From: a bacterium | GTDB lineage: Bacteria > Electryoneota > Electryoneia > Electryoneales > Electryoneaceae | DNA: 64,000 nucleotides | Direction of reading: 5' to 3' | NCBI GenBank assembly: GCA_963675295.2 | Contig: CAXXKJ010000001.1 | Location: forward strand, 1 to 64,000 | In this document: in pieces, positions 1 to 10,827 of the stretch | How the letters are laid out: each line of letters opens with the position of its first letter | Numbering within the stretch: position 1 is the stretch's first letter | Made by a program: the position numbers and the translations under genes | The notes under the pieces: model-generated | What the model was told of the DNA's origin: nothing | What the model saw: only the letters and a program-made list of their open reading frames with translations | Database searches by the model: none

Positions 1-97
1 TTCGGAAGATTTCGGATTTCACAGGCGTTCTGGGTCCATCTGTACCGCCGGAGTCCGACTCGTAGGAATACGTACCTGAAACTCGTTGGGGTAGATC

Positions 98-3000
98 ATG
101 AACAGACTGACATTGACGGTTCTCTTCGTGGCTTTGTTCACAATCACCGGCTTCGCGGCGGATCTCGTTCCGTTGCAATCCGCCGGGCAGGCTGAACCAT
201 TGCAGGTGAACGTGGTGGGCGAATCTCAACGAGGGCTGTCCCTTGAGCTGAGCGCCACCGCCATTTTCGCGGAATCCATGACCGGTGACGCCGCCGGGCA
301 CACCTTACTCAGCTGGGCGGACGCCGGCGTTGAAGGCGAAATCGGCCAGCCGCAGCTTCCAGTACGCCGCATGCTGGTGGCGATCCCGTACGGCGCGACC
401 GTCGAAGCGAGCGTCGTCAACGCAACCTGGACCGAAATCTCCCTCAACGATCTGACCGGCGCGTCGATGCTGATGCCGGTGCAGCCGCCGCTGGAGAAAG
501 TGCCGGGTGCCGTGGCGCCGTTCACGAAGAACGTGGCCGCCTACCAGGCTGGCTACAGCAATCACGCTGTCGTCGAGGTGGAAGACTACATGGTGATGCG
601 CGGCCAGCAGCTCGCGCTGGTCGTCGTGCGGCCGTTGGACTACAATCCGACCGCCGGCACGATCCGTGTCGCCTCCGAACTCGAGATTGACCTCAATTTC
701 GCTGGTGGCGATCTCGCGTTGACCGAGCAGAAGGCCGCACGGTACCAGAGCCCGCGCACGAACGCGCTGCTCCGCGAATCCGTAATCAACGATCCGGGCC
801 GTGAGCTGGACGATCTGCCGGAGTCGATGGGCTACATCATCATCGCGCCGAACAATGCGACGTACCTCGCCGCGATGGAGCCGTACATCGAGTGGAAAAC
901 CGCGCAGGGGTGGGATGTGACCGTTGCGCTGACCAGCGACATCGGGTCGTCGACGACGCTGATCAAGGCGTACCTGCAGGATGCGTACGACACGTGGCCG
1001 GTGCCGCCATCATTCGTCCTGCTGCTGGGCGACACGGACGTGATCCCGTACTGGGTCGGTTCCGGTACCGGTTCGCCGAACACGGACCTCAACTACTCGA
1101 TGCTGGAAGGCACCGACTTCCTGCCGGATGTCGGCCTTGGCCGCTTCCCGGTCGCCAACCTCGACGACCTGCAGAACATGATTGACAAGACCATGCAGTA
1201 CGAGCAGGTGACGTGGACCGCCGGAAACGACTGGGTCAAACATTCCACCTTCATGGCCTCGGTTGACAACTACCAGATCACGGAAGGCACGCACAACTAC
1301 GTGCTGAACAACTACCTGTCTCCGGCCGGCTTTACCGCCGACCTGCTGTACCAGGTGACGTACGGCGCGACCACGCAGGACGTGACCAACTCGTTCAACG
1401 CCGGCGTGTCGCTCGGCACCTATTCCGGCCACGGCTCGGCGACGAGCTGGGCGGATGGCCCGCCGTTCAGTCAGGCGAACGTGAACGCGTTGACCAACGA
1501 TGTCTTCCCGTTCGTGCAGAGCTACGCCTGCGTCACCGGTTCCTACCACCTCGCGGAATGCTTTGCGGAAACGTGGGTCCGGCACAGTGCCGGCGCCGTC
1601 GCGTTCATGGGTTCGTCCGTCAACAGCTACTGGACGGAAGATGACGTGATGGAGAAGAAGGTCTTTGAAGCCTTCTTCGACAACCAGACCCCGGGTGATA
1701 TCTACAATCTCACCTGGATCAACGGGATGATCAACTATTCCAAGATGAAGCTGGTCGAGCAGTGGGGCACCAGCGGAACCGTCCGCCGCTACTGCGAGAT
1801 GTACAACATCTTTGGTGACGGATCCATCGACCTGTGGACGAACGTGCCGCAGGATGTGACCGTCAACCATCCGGCCGCGTTCTTCCTCGGCATGGATCAG
1901 CTCGATGTCAGCGTGCCGGACGCTCCGTCCTGGGCGCGCGTCTGCGTGCAGTCCTCCGCCGAGCCGGACATCATCGCCGCCGGTTACACCGACCAGAGCG
2001 GCAACATCAGCATCACCCTCCCGGCCGCCCCGACCCTGCCGGGCACCTTGAACATCACCGTCACCGGCCATGACATCGACCCGTACATGGCGCAGATTCC
2101 GTTGACCGCCTCGGATGGCGCGTATGTCGTCTACGAATCGGTGACTGTTAACGATGCCGCCGGGTGGAACCCGAACGGCGTGCTCGATTATGACGAATCC
2201 GCACTGCTTAGCGTCACCGTGCAGAACGTGGGCGTCGATCCGTCGCACGATCCGACCAGCGTGCAGCTGACAGACGTTGCCGACATGGTGACCTTCAGCG
2301 ATAACGCCGAAAACTACCCGGCGATTCCGGCCGGTGAATCGGTGACTGTCACCGACGGCTTCGCGTTGACAGTGGACGCTGGCGTGGCGGACGGCAGCCC
2401 GGCGAACGTGCCGGTGTTCATCGCCGACTCGTGGGACTTCTGGGAATCGGTCATGCCGCTGATCGTCGCCGCCCCGGAAGCCGCGATTACCAACGTTACC
2501 TTCAGCGACGATCCGAACGGCAACAACTGGCTCGATCCAGGTGAGGATGCGTGGATCCACGTGACTCTGACGAACGAAGGCAGTTCGCCGATCATGGAAG
2601 GCTACGCGAACCTGAGCGAGAACGGCGACCCGTACGTCACCATCACCACCGACAACACGGAATACTTCGCGCAGCTCGATCCGGGCGCATCGGTCGACAT
2701 GGCCTGGGGCATCAGCGCCAGCGCCGCCTGCCCGCAGGATTACGACATGTCGCTGCTGTTCGACCTGGACGCCGACCACAGCTTTGCGACGCAGATCGAC
2801 ATTCCGCTCACCGTCGGCGATATCCTCTTCCTGCCGTCCGGCCCGGACAGCTACGGCTACCTCGCGTACGATCCGAACGACGGCAACAACGCGATGGACT
2901 TCAACTGGTTCGAAATCTCCACCGCGGAAGGCGGACCGGGCACGAACACGGGCATCGACGATGACGACATGACCGTCCACGTCACCCTGCCGTTCACTTT

Positions 3001-4570
3001 CGTCTACTACGGCCAGAGTTACACCGGCCTGACGATCGATTCCAACGGTACCTGTTCCTTCGGACCGACACAGCAGTCCTACGACTATTCCAACTCAAGC
3101 ATCCCGAACTCGGATGGTCCGAGTGCGATGCTCGCGCCGTACTGGGAAGACCTCAACATCGAAGTCAATGGCAGTGACGGCGTTTACATCTACTACCACG
3201 AGGCGATGCATCGCTATATCGTTGAGTGGAGCCACATCAGCCAATACAGCCCCTCGGGCACCTTCGAAACCTTCCAGGCTGTGCTGTACGATCCGGCGTT
3301 CCATCCGACCACAACCGGTGACGGAATCATCCAGTTCCAGTACCTCGATATCACGTCCGAGGTCGGGAACGACGGCACCGTCGGGATCGAAAGCCCGTCG
3401 GAAACGGATGGGATCGAATACGTCTACCAGACGGACTACGACGTGCACGCCACGCCGATCACCGACGCCTTCTCGATCACCATTCTGACCGAGATGGGTG
3501 AAGGCCTCGAAGCGCCGTCGAACCTGACGTATTCCATCGTCCCGAACGGCACCGTCACCCTGAACTGGGACTTCGCCGGGATGTACACCATCGAAGAGCT
3601 GACCGAACCCGCGATCATCAACCCGGGCGAAAAGCCGGACGTGATGCGCGAGGATGACCGGATTCAGCTTGAAGAGTGGCGCACGAACGGTATCCCCGGG
3701 AACGTGACGGACGAATTCCTCAACTTCGTCGTCTACCGTGACAATACCAACATCGGCGAGCCCACCGTCACGACGTTCGAAGATGTGCTGAACACGCACG
3801 GCGACTACCAGTACTACGTCACCGCGATGCACACCGACGGCGAATCGCTGCCGTCGAACATCGTCAGCGTGTCGTACGATCCGATCGTGTCGCTGACTGT
3901 GACGCCGCTCTACACCTTCATCATGCCGGGCGGCGGCGATGTGACGTACGACGTCAACCTGACAAGCTCGCTGCCGAACCCGCAGCAGAACGTTGACTAC
4001 TGGACCAAGGTCACCCTGCCGAATGGCAATGTGCTCGGTCCGGTGTTCATGCACACCTTCAACATGCCGGCGAACGCGAACATGACCGCGTCCGGCGTAA
4101 CGCAATACGTGCCGGGCACCGCGCCGGCTGGTGTGTACACGCACACGTCTTTCGTCGGCTACTACCCGAATCTGATCGGCGCGACCGACTCGTTCACCTT
4201 CAGCAAAGCCGGCACCACCACCGAAGGCAAGATCGATCTCAGCGAGTGGACAGTCAGCGGATTTGATCTGGTTAACGAGGAAGTCGTTTCGGTCAGCAAT
4301 CCGTTGCCGACGAAGTTCGAGGTGGGCAGGGCGTACCCGAACCCGTTCAACGCGATGGTCAGCGTGCCGTTCGCGTTGCCGGATGCGGGACAGGTCGAGA
4401 TCGCACTGTACAACGTGCTCGGCCAGCAGGTGATGGCGCGGACGCTGCAGCAGACCGCCGGGTATCACACGTTCAACGTGGACGGCGGCAGCTTGAGCTC
4501 CGGCCTGTACCTGCTCAGCATCAAGGGCTTCGGCGAAAACCAGCAGCAGAAGGTGATGCTGCTGAAATAA
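98..4570 (+). CDS. Gingipain-like peptidase C25 with propeptide, accessory Ig/FN3 domains and T9SS type-A-like CTD
   Basis: Signal peptide and propeptide (GQPQLPV). C25 motifs LLLGD, TDLNY...LPDVGLGRFP, catalytic YSGHG and SYAC, YNIFGD. C-terminal AYPNPFN...SGLY...KVMLLK. Confidence 0.9.
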   Translation: MNRLTLTVLFVALFTITGFAADLVPLQSAGQAEPLQVNVVGESQRGLSLELSATAIFAESMTGDAAGHTLLSWADAGVEGEIGQPQLPVRRMLVAIPYGATVEASVVNATWTEISLNDLTGASMLMPVQPPLEKVPGAVAPFTKNVAAYQAGYSNHAVVEVEDYMVMRGQQLALVVVRPLDYNPTAGTIRVASELEIDLNFAGGDLALTEQKAARYQSPRTNALLRESVINDPGRELDDLPESMGYIIIAPNNATYLAAMEPYIEWKTAQGWDVTVALTSDIGSSTTLIKAYLQDAYDTWPVPPSFVLLLGDTDVIPYWVGSGTGSPNTDLNYSMLEGTDFLPDVGLGRFPVANLDDLQNMIDKTMQYEQVTWTAGNDWVKHSTFMASVDNYQITEGTHNYVLNNYLSPAGFTADLLYQVTYGATTQDVTNSFNAGVSLGTYSGHGSATSWADGPPFSQANVNALTNDVFPFVQSYACVTGSYHLAECFAETWVRHSAGAVAFMGSSVNSYWTEDDVMEKKVFEAFFDNQTPGDIYNLTWINGMINYSKMKLVEQWGTSGTVRRYCEMYNIFGDGSIDLWTNVPQDVTVNHPAAFFLGMDQLDVSVPDAPSWARVCVQSSAEPDIIAAGYTDQSGNISITLPAAPTLPGTLNITVTGHDIDPYMAQIPLTASDGAYVVYESVTVNDAAGWNPNGVLDYDESALLSVTVQNVGVDPSHDPTSVQLTDVADMVTFSDNAENYPAIPAGESVTVTDGFALTVDAGVADGSPANVPVFIADSWDFWESVMPLIVAAPEAAITNVTFSDDPNGNNWLDPGEDAWIHVTLTNEGSSPIMEGYANLSENGDPYVTITTDNTEYFAQLDPGASVDMAWGISASAACPQDYDMSLLFDLDADHSFATQIDIPLTVGDILFLPSGPDSYGYLAYDPNDGNNAMDFNWFEISTAEGGPGTNTGIDDDDMTVHVTLPFTFVYYGQSYTGLTIDSNGTCSFGPTQQSYDYSNSSIPNSDGPSAMLAPYWEDLNIEVNGSDGVYIYYHEAMHRYIVEWSHISQYSPSGTFETFQAVLYDPAFHPTTTGDGIIQFQYLDITSEVGNDGTVGIESPSETDGIEYVYQTDYDVHATPITDAFSITILTEMGEGLEAPSNLTYSIVPNGTVTLNWDFAGMYTIEELTEPAIINPGEKPDVMREDDRIQLEEWRTNGIPGNVTDEFLNFVVYRDNTNIGEPTVTTFEDVLNTHGDYQYYVTAMHTDGESLPSNIVSVSYDPIVSLTVTPLYTFIMPGGGDVTYDVNLTSSLPNPQQNVDYWTKVTLPNGNVLGPVFMHTFNMPANANMTASGVTQYVPGTAPAGVYTHTSFVGYYPNLIGATDSFTFSKAGTTTEGKIDLSEWTVSGFDLVNEEVVSVSNPLPTKFEVGRAYPNPFNAMVSVPFALPDAGQVEIALYNVLGQQVMARTLQQTAGYHTFNVDGGSLSSGLYLLSIKGFGENQQQKVMLLK

Positions 4571-4608
4571 CCGAGACTTGAGTCCTGAGTCAGACCCATG
4601 CCATATCC

Positions 4609-4644
4609 AACCGGGGACACTTTCTCCTGAAAGTGTCCCCGGTT
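4609..4644. repeat. REP-like palindrome family A, copy 1
   Basis: AACCGGGGACACTTTC-TCCT-GAAAGTGTCCCCGGTT; related copies at 17017, 45241 and 60097. Confidence 0.8.
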
Positions 4645-4668
4645 AATTTTCGACTGGCTGCGAATTCT

Positions 4669-4705
4669 CGGAGACTGCAAATTCACGGAGACTGCAAATT
4701 CACGG
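4669..4705. repeat. 17-bp tandem direct repeat
   Basis: CGGAGACTGCAAATTCA twice, with a degenerate copy just upstream. Confidence 0.8.
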
Positions 4706-4937
4706 GTCATTCCTCAGCCGTGTGTGTTTGCGGCTGAGGAAGATCCCGGTTCTCCGCAGGAACAACGGTTGAATCGCCGGCGCGGAGTAAAACCGACCTC
4801 TCCATTTTCTCCCAGAATCCTGATTTCACTAGCGATAGGAACACTCTTTGCTCGATACTTGGACCACAGGATTCGTGTGCATCAAGTGGAGACAAAGAAA
4901 CACCTTTTTCGACGTTTGCCCTGATCTCACTCATGGA

Positions 4938-7900
4938 ATGCAGAGCCGGACAATGTCGCGCAACGGAACAGAAACAGACTTAAAAAAACATATCGACTTT
5001 GATACTCAGCGATATCGCCGTTTACTCGACGTTTTACCTGAAGCTGTTTCAGAACATGACGCCGAGGGGCGATTTCTCTATGCTTCCCCTGCAAGTGTAT
5101 CCATTTTTGCTCACGACGAAAATACTCTTCTCTCCGAATCCCTGACCGATCTCGCCGCTCCGGAGCAAAAAGGGCAGATTCAGCAGGCAATTGCCGAGAC
5201 CCTCTCCAGCGGTAAAAAAACCTCGGTTCTCTACCACCTGAAGTCTACCGACAAGAAAGTGAGGTGGGTGGAATCCAGCTTCCAGGTGACCGAGGACAAC
5301 ACCGTCGCTGTTCTCACCCGGAAACGCACACCCCGGCCCTGCACGTTCGACAGTACCCACCCATGCCGGCGGGACGAAGTCCTCGAGCTGAACGCGCGGC
5401 TGGTGTCGATGATCGAGAGTCCACGGTTCAACAGCATCGTGATGCTGGATCTGAAGGGCCGGATCGCCTCGTTCAACGCCAACTTTCAGATGGCGATCAA
5501 GAATCTGCTTGGAATCGATATTCAGCCCGGCGATGACCTGTTTTCGATGGTTCCCAAGCCCCAGGTGGCGAACCGTTTCCGGGACCATTTCGAACAAGCG
5601 TTGAATGGCGAGTACACCACCGGTGAATTCACACTCGATTTCGACGGTGTCGACTATCACTACAACATTGCGCTCAATCCGGTCACGCTCGACGATGAGG
5701 TTATCGGCGTCACCCTTTACATCCAGGATATGTCCAAACAGGTACTGCTTGAACAGGAGTACCGCGAAAAGGCTGAGAGTTACAGCCTGTTGCTGAATGG
5801 TGTGGATGAAGGCATCGGCATCTCCGACGAAGAAGAAAACCTCATCTATGTCAATCCAGCCGGCGCGCGCATCTTCGGTCTGGAACAGGATGAGCTGGTC
5901 GGACAGAGCCTGCTGGACTTCGTCACCCGGGAATCCGAACAGGCTATCCGTGAACAAACCCTGCTGCGAACTCAGGACATCCGTTCGTCCTACGAGTTGG
6001 AAATCATTCGCGCGGATGGGGAACACCGTACCCTGCTGATTACCGCATCCCCGCAGAAGATGGATACCGGTGAAACACGCACCTTCGCTGTCTTTCGCGA
6101 CATCACCAACCAGCAGCAGACCGAACGTGAACTCGCAGCCGCCGGCGAACGCTTCCGCAACGTCTTCGAGCATGCCAACGACGCGATGGCGTTGATCAGT
6201 GTGAAAACGCAGAAAATTATCGAGGCCAACGGCATTTTCTGCGAATGGAGCGGCTACACAGCGGACGAACTGAAACAGCGGCGCCCTGAAGACCTCAGCC
6301 CGCCGGATCATCATGGCGACATCGCGCAAATTCGCGAGGTTCTTGCCAGGGAAGGGCACCACTCGTTTGACCTGAATCTGCTGTCCAAGGACCGCCAGGT
6401 GTATCAGCTCGAAGGAAGCGCAACCCTGATTGAACTTCAGGGTGAACAGGCAATCCTCGTTGTCGCGCGGGATGTCAGCGAACGGCGCCAGGCCCAGGAA
6501 GCCCTGCGTGCCAGCGAAAAACGCTTCCGTGGCGTAATCGAAAACAGTCCCGCCGGTGTCTGTATCGTGGATGAAGAAGGCTTGATCGAGTACGCCAACC
6601 CCGCCTTCTGCCGGATGCTCGAGTTCGATCCGGAATCCCTTGAGGGGGAGGCGTTCGTCAGCCTGTTCCCGAATACTCTTGATCATGGCGACGAAGACAA
6701 CAATGCTAAGTCGGATTTCCTCTCGCATGTGACCATGTTCGCCCGCGGTGGGACCGAAAAGCGGATGCTGTTCGACACGGCGGAGATTGTCGGCCTGGAC
6801 GGTCACACCCGTTCCGCGGTATTCGTCATTGATATCACCGCCCGCAAGAAAGCCGAAGAGGCCCTGCAGAACAGCGAACAACGCCTCAAGGTGCTGTTCG
6901 AACTCTCACCGGATGCGATTTTCACCGCCGATGTCGCCACCGGGAACCTCGTTGATGCCAACACCGCCGCCAGCAAACTGACCGGGTACACCCGTGAAGA
7001 AATGCGCCAGATGAACCAGACGGATTTCAGTCCAGGTGGTTCGCATGATGTGACATTCTACGATTTTACGCAGGGCAAGTACGAGGAGGCGTCCCCGATC
7101 GACGCCAAGCTGCTGCGGAAGGACGGAAATATCATCCCCGTTGAGATTCGGGCAAGAATGATCCAGATCCAGGGCAAGGCGCAGATGCTGGCATCCTTCC
7201 GCGACATGTCCGTCCGCTACCGTGAACAGGAACTCAACCGTTTCCAGTCGCAGTTGATGAACGCCGTCCACCAATCTGTGATCGCCACCGACCGCCGGGG
7301 ACGCATCACCTACTGGAATGGCTATGCCGAACGCATGTTCGGGTGGAAAGCACGCGAGGTAATGGGCAAACTGATCACACGGATCAAGCCCGAAAACCCG
7401 CACCCCGGCAAGACCTTCGCCATTACACGCCACCTCAAGCCCGGACAATCCTGGTCCGGTGAAGTTACCCTGCAACGGCGCGACGGGACTGAACTCCCGG
7501 TACTCGCCAGTACATCGCCGGTTTACGACCGTGTCGGCAAGATGATCGGCACCCTCGGCGTCACCACCGACATCACCGGCCGCAAGGAATACGAACGTCA
7601 GTTGCAGCAGGCGCGTCAGACCGCGGAAGAAGCCTCCGCCGCCAAGAGTACGTTCCTCGCGAACATGTCGCATGAGATCCGCACCCCGATGAACTCGATC
7701 CTCGGGTTCAGCGAACTGCTGTATTCGTCCACTGACGATCCGCAACAGCAGGAATACCTGGAAGCTGTCCGCATCAGCGCAAACTCGCTGATGCAGCTGA
7801 TCAACGACATTCTCGACCTGTCACGGATTGAAGCCGGCCGGATGCAGATGAACCCGAAGCCGGTCCGGATTCGCCCGATGCTCGCTGATATTCGCAACAT

Positions 7901-8783
7901 TTTCCAGCGGACTGCGACGAAGAAGGGGCTCGATTTCAACGTCATCGTCGAGGACGCCGTCCCCGATTCCATCATCCTCGACGACATCCGCCTGCGGCAA
8001 ATTCTGATCAACCTGGTCGGAAACGCGGTCAAGTTTACCGAATGCGGATTTGTTCACGTCAGCCTGCGCACACAACCGCATGAACAGGGAAACGGCCTCA
8101 TCTCGCTGCAACTGACCGTTACCGACAGCGGACCCGGCATTCCGGCGAACGAACAGGATAAGATCTTCCAGGCCTTCGTCCAGGTGGAAAAACAGGATCA
8201 GCGCAAGTACGGCGGCACCGGCCTCGGGCTGGCGATTACCCACCGGCTCGTCGACATGATGAACGGGTCCATCTCCCTCAACAGCCATCCTGGTGCGGGC
8301 GCGACATTTTCCGTCATTCTGCCAGACCTGCAGTACCGTCTCGCCAATGATACCGGTGATCACACAGACGTATCCGGCAAGCAGGAAATCCACCTCGCAC
8401 CGGCACGCGTGCTGCTGATGGAAGATGAAGTGTTCAACCGGCGGCTGATCCGCGAATTCCTCAAGGATCAACCGATCGAAATTATTGAGGCCGTCAACGG
8501 TGCCGAGGGACTCGCCGAAGCACGCCATCAGCGCCCCGATCTGATCCTGCTCGACCTGCGCATGCCGGTGATGGATGGGTACGAAGCCCTGCAGAAACTC
8601 CAGCTGGAGAGCAATCTCTCCGATATCCCTGTCATCGTGCTCAGCGCCAGCCTGCTCGAACAGGAGGAAAGCCGTGCTCTCGATTCCGGCGCGAAGATGT
8701 TTCTGCGCAAACCGCTCTCGCGGCCACAACTGGTCGAGTCGATGAGCCGCTATCTGCCGACAGTCAACAGCGATCCCGCCTGA
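4938..8783 (+). CDS. Cytoplasmic multi-PAS hybrid sensor histidine kinase/response regulator
   Basis: About 7 PAS/PAC repeats, H-box FLANMSHEIRTPMN, NLVGNAVKFT, DSGPGI, GGTGLGL, and receiver DLILLDLRMPVMDG. Start could be 4938 or 4953. Confidence 0.93.
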   Translation: MQSRTMSRNGTETDLKKHIDFDTQRYRRLLDVLPEAVSEHDAEGRFLYASPASVSIFAHDENTLLSESLTDLAAPEQKGQIQQAIAETLSSGKKTSVLYHLKSTDKKVRWVESSFQVTEDNTVAVLTRKRTPRPCTFDSTHPCRRDEVLELNARLVSMIESPRFNSIVMLDLKGRIASFNANFQMAIKNLLGIDIQPGDDLFSMVPKPQVANRFRDHFEQALNGEYTTGEFTLDFDGVDYHYNIALNPVTLDDEVIGVTLYIQDMSKQVLLEQEYREKAESYSLLLNGVDEGIGISDEEENLIYVNPAGARIFGLEQDELVGQSLLDFVTRESEQAIREQTLLRTQDIRSSYELEIIRADGEHRTLLITASPQKMDTGETRTFAVFRDITNQQQTERELAAAGERFRNVFEHANDAMALISVKTQKIIEANGIFCEWSGYTADELKQRRPEDLSPPDHHGDIAQIREVLAREGHHSFDLNLLSKDRQVYQLEGSATLIELQGEQAILVVARDVSERRQAQEALRASEKRFRGVIENSPAGVCIVDEEGLIEYANPAFCRMLEFDPESLEGEAFVSLFPNTLDHGDEDNNAKSDFLSHVTMFARGGTEKRMLFDTAEIVGLDGHTRSAVFVIDITARKKAEEALQNSEQRLKVLFELSPDAIFTADVATGNLVDANTAASKLTGYTREEMRQMNQTDFSPGGSHDVTFYDFTQGKYEEASPIDAKLLRKDGNIIPVEIRARMIQIQGKAQMLASFRDMSVRYREQELNRFQSQLMNAVHQSVIATDRRGRITYWNGYAERMFGWKAREVMGKLITRIKPENPHPGKTFAITRHLKPGQSWSGEVTLQRRDGTELPVLASTSPVYDRVGKMIGTLGVTTDITGRKEYERQLQQARQTAEEASAAKSTFLANMSHEIRTPMNSILGFSELLYSSTDDPQQQEYLEAVRISANSLMQLINDILDLSRIEAGRMQMNPKPVRIRPMLADIRNIFQRTATKKGLDFNVIVEDAVPDSIILDDIRLRQILINLVGNAVKFTECGFVHVSLRTQPHEQGNGLISLQLTVTDSGPGIPANEQDKIFQAFVQVEKQDQRKYGGTGLGLAITHRLVDMMNGSISLNSHPGAGATFSVILPDLQYRLANDTGDHTDVSGKQEIHLAPARVLLMEDEVFNRRLIREFLKDQPIEIIEAVNGAEGLAEARHQRPDLILLDLRMPVMDGYEALQKLQLESNLSDIPVIVLSASLLEQEESRALDSGAKMFLRKPLSRPQLVESMSRYLPTVNSDPA

Positions 8784-9056
8784 GTTCACGCGACACTCCC
8801 GAATTCGTAAATCCCCGACACTTGTCGCTCTGAGAGCACTCCTTTCGGATTTTCATGAAAATTTCGGAGTTTTCTCTTTTGTTTCCCGTGCAGAAACGCT
8901 AAATATCGGATTAGCCCCGCCTTTGCGCTCACAAGGGACGGGGACCGGTATAAGTTGCAGTTTCTAAAACGTGTCAACTACAGGGAACGATCACTGGAAT
9001 GTGGGAAGCATTCCAGGGGATGGGAGACTGGTCCCGTCAAGAGGAGGATGTGCCAC

Positions 9057-10154
9057 ATGAAACGCATGCAAATCGCACTGCTGGCGGTTATGGTCTTGAC
9101 CGTCGCGACCAACGTGGTCTTCGCGGAAGTCGATCCGGTCTGGCCGGAACCGTTTGAGGTTACCTTCAATGTCGACCTCAACTGCGCCGCCTTCAATGGA
9201 GACTTCAACCGCACCACCGACCAGGTCGTCGTCACCGGCAACTACCCCGAACTGGGCAACATGACCGGGTATGTCGTCCTCGCCGAGGTCGAGGAAACCG
9301 GCCTGTTCACCGACCTGATCCAGATCGAAGAGCTCTACATCGGGGAAGAACTGGAATACAAGTACGGCATCGTGCACGACAACACCGTGTACTGGGATGA
9401 TACCGTCTACACCTACACCCCGATCGGTTCCGAACCCGACAACGACAACAACGGCTATTTCGAGCTGACCCTGCCGCTCGCGACCTACGGCGGCGAGGCG
9501 CTCTGCGAAAACATCACCCTGATGGTTACCCCCGGTTGCTGGCCGGTTATCGGCGCCCAGGGCGGCTACGTCCTCATCAACGCCAGCATCGAACACAGCT
9601 ACCCGGCCCCGGTCACTGTCGACATCTGGACCGAAGTCGAGATGCCGAACGGCAACACCAAGGCCCTCGATGCGTGGAGCCTGACTGTACCGCCGGACAC
9701 GTACTTCGAACGTCAGTACGCGCGCTACGTGCCGCCGAACGCTCCGCAGGGTGACTACATCTTCCACATGTACGCCGGTGTGCAGCCGGAAACGGTGATG
9801 AGCGCGGATGGCTTCGGCTTTGTCAAGGAAGCCCCGACCGCCCCGGCGGCGGACAGTGACAGCGACATATTCAGCGCCAATCTGCCGACCGAATTCGGCA
9901 TCGGCTCGGTCTACCCGAACCCGTTCAACCCGACCACGACCGTCGCGGTGAACCTGCCGGAAACGGCGCAGCTGAACGTGTCGGTGTACAACGTGCAGGG
10001 CCAGCTGGTCGAAACTCTGGCGGATGGAATCACCAACGCCGGCAGCCACAACCTCGTCTTCAACGGCGCGAACCTGCCGAGCGGACTGTACCTCGTGCGT
10101 GCGACGGTTCCCGGCCAGATGGACGAAGTACGGCGTGTCACGCTGCTGAAGTAA
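9057..10154 (+). CDS. Secreted protein with CBM20-like domain, shared Ig-like module and T9SS-like CTD
   Basis: RBS GAGGAGG before ATG 9057; signal peptide; VTFNVD...VTGN.PELG...LEYKY resembles CBM20; VYPNPFN tail. Confidence 0.75.
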   Translation: MKRMQIALLAVMVLTVATNVVFAEVDPVWPEPFEVTFNVDLNCAAFNGDFNRTTDQVVVTGNYPELGNMTGYVVLAEVEETGLFTDLIQIEELYIGEELEYKYGIVHDNTVYWDDTVYTYTPIGSEPDNDNNGYFELTLPLATYGGEALCENITLMVTPGCWPVIGAQGGYVLINASIEHSYPAPVTVDIWTEVEMPNGNTKALDAWSLTVPPDTYFERQYARYVPPNAPQGDYIFHMYAGVQPETVMSADGFGFVKEAPTAPAADSDSDIFSANLPTEFGIGSVYPNPFNPTTTVAVNLPETAQLNVSVYNVQGQLVETLADGITNAGSHNLVFNGANLPSGLYLVRATVPGQMDEVRRVTLLK

Positions 10155-10403
10155 ACGACGCAAACACCTGCGGGTTCTCTGGGCGAGGACGTCCATGAAG
10201 GGGGGGATCCGTCAGGTTTCAGCGGCGAAGTGGGGGCTGTGGCCGCGCTGGGGAACCGTCTGATCGACTCAGGGTCCGGCAACCCTTGGGCTGCGGGACA
10301 GAATTCAGACTCGATGTTCCTACAATCCCTTCGTTGTGAAGGTGCCCTTGCATCACCTCACAAAACTGTGTGCGCACTGCGCATGCTGTCAGGAGACGCG
10401 AGT

Positions 10404-10440
10404 GGGGATGGATTCTTCGGAATCCATCCCCTTCGTTTTT
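10404..10440 (+). terminator. Intrinsic terminator
   Basis: GGGGATGGATTC-TTCG-GAATCCATCCCC followed by TTCGTTTTT. Confidence 0.8.
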
Positions 10441-10510
10441 GAGCTGGCCATTCCTTATGACGCTGAACATGCCCTCGGACTTCAGTCCGGGAAGATCCTT
10501 CAGGTGGATC

Positions 10511-10540
10511 GTCCGCGTCCGCAAGCGGACACGGGCACAT
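10511..10540. repeat. REP-like palindrome family B, copy 1
   Basis: GTCCGCGTCCGCAAGCGGACACGGGCACAT; copies at 53349 and 56161. Confidence 0.75.
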
Positions 10541-10574
10541 CCTGACTGTCAACCCATTTCAGGACGAGAGGTGA

Positions 10575-10690
10575 GATACTCACCCCTCACCCATTGTCTC
10601 ACATCTCACATCCGCCTTTTACTCATACCTCATACCTCATACCTCATACCTGTCCTTCACTCCCACCTCATCCCTCGTCCCTCACACCCG
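10575..10690. repeat. Degenerate heptamer tandem array
   Basis: CCTCATA/TCTCACA units. Confidence 0.7.
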
Positions 10691-10827
10691 CTTTTTCGAA
10701 ACATTCCGCCCGCTGGAGCGTATCTTCCTGCGAGCCCGACCAACGTAACGAGCGAGCCGAGATCCGAGTCTGATGTTCAGCCGCCGGCCCAACGCCGCAA
10801 GCGACCACACAACACCCGAGTGACCGC

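Noticed and set aside
1010-4468. Long antisense ORFs (also 5049-6881, 35837-37327, 59377-60876 and others)
   Set aside because: Shadows of high-GC3 genes on the opposite strand, with no recognisable motifs.
10219-10552. Small ORFs in the 10.2-10.5 kb intergenic region
   Set aside because: They run through a terminator and REP hairpins and lack typical codon bias or an RBS.
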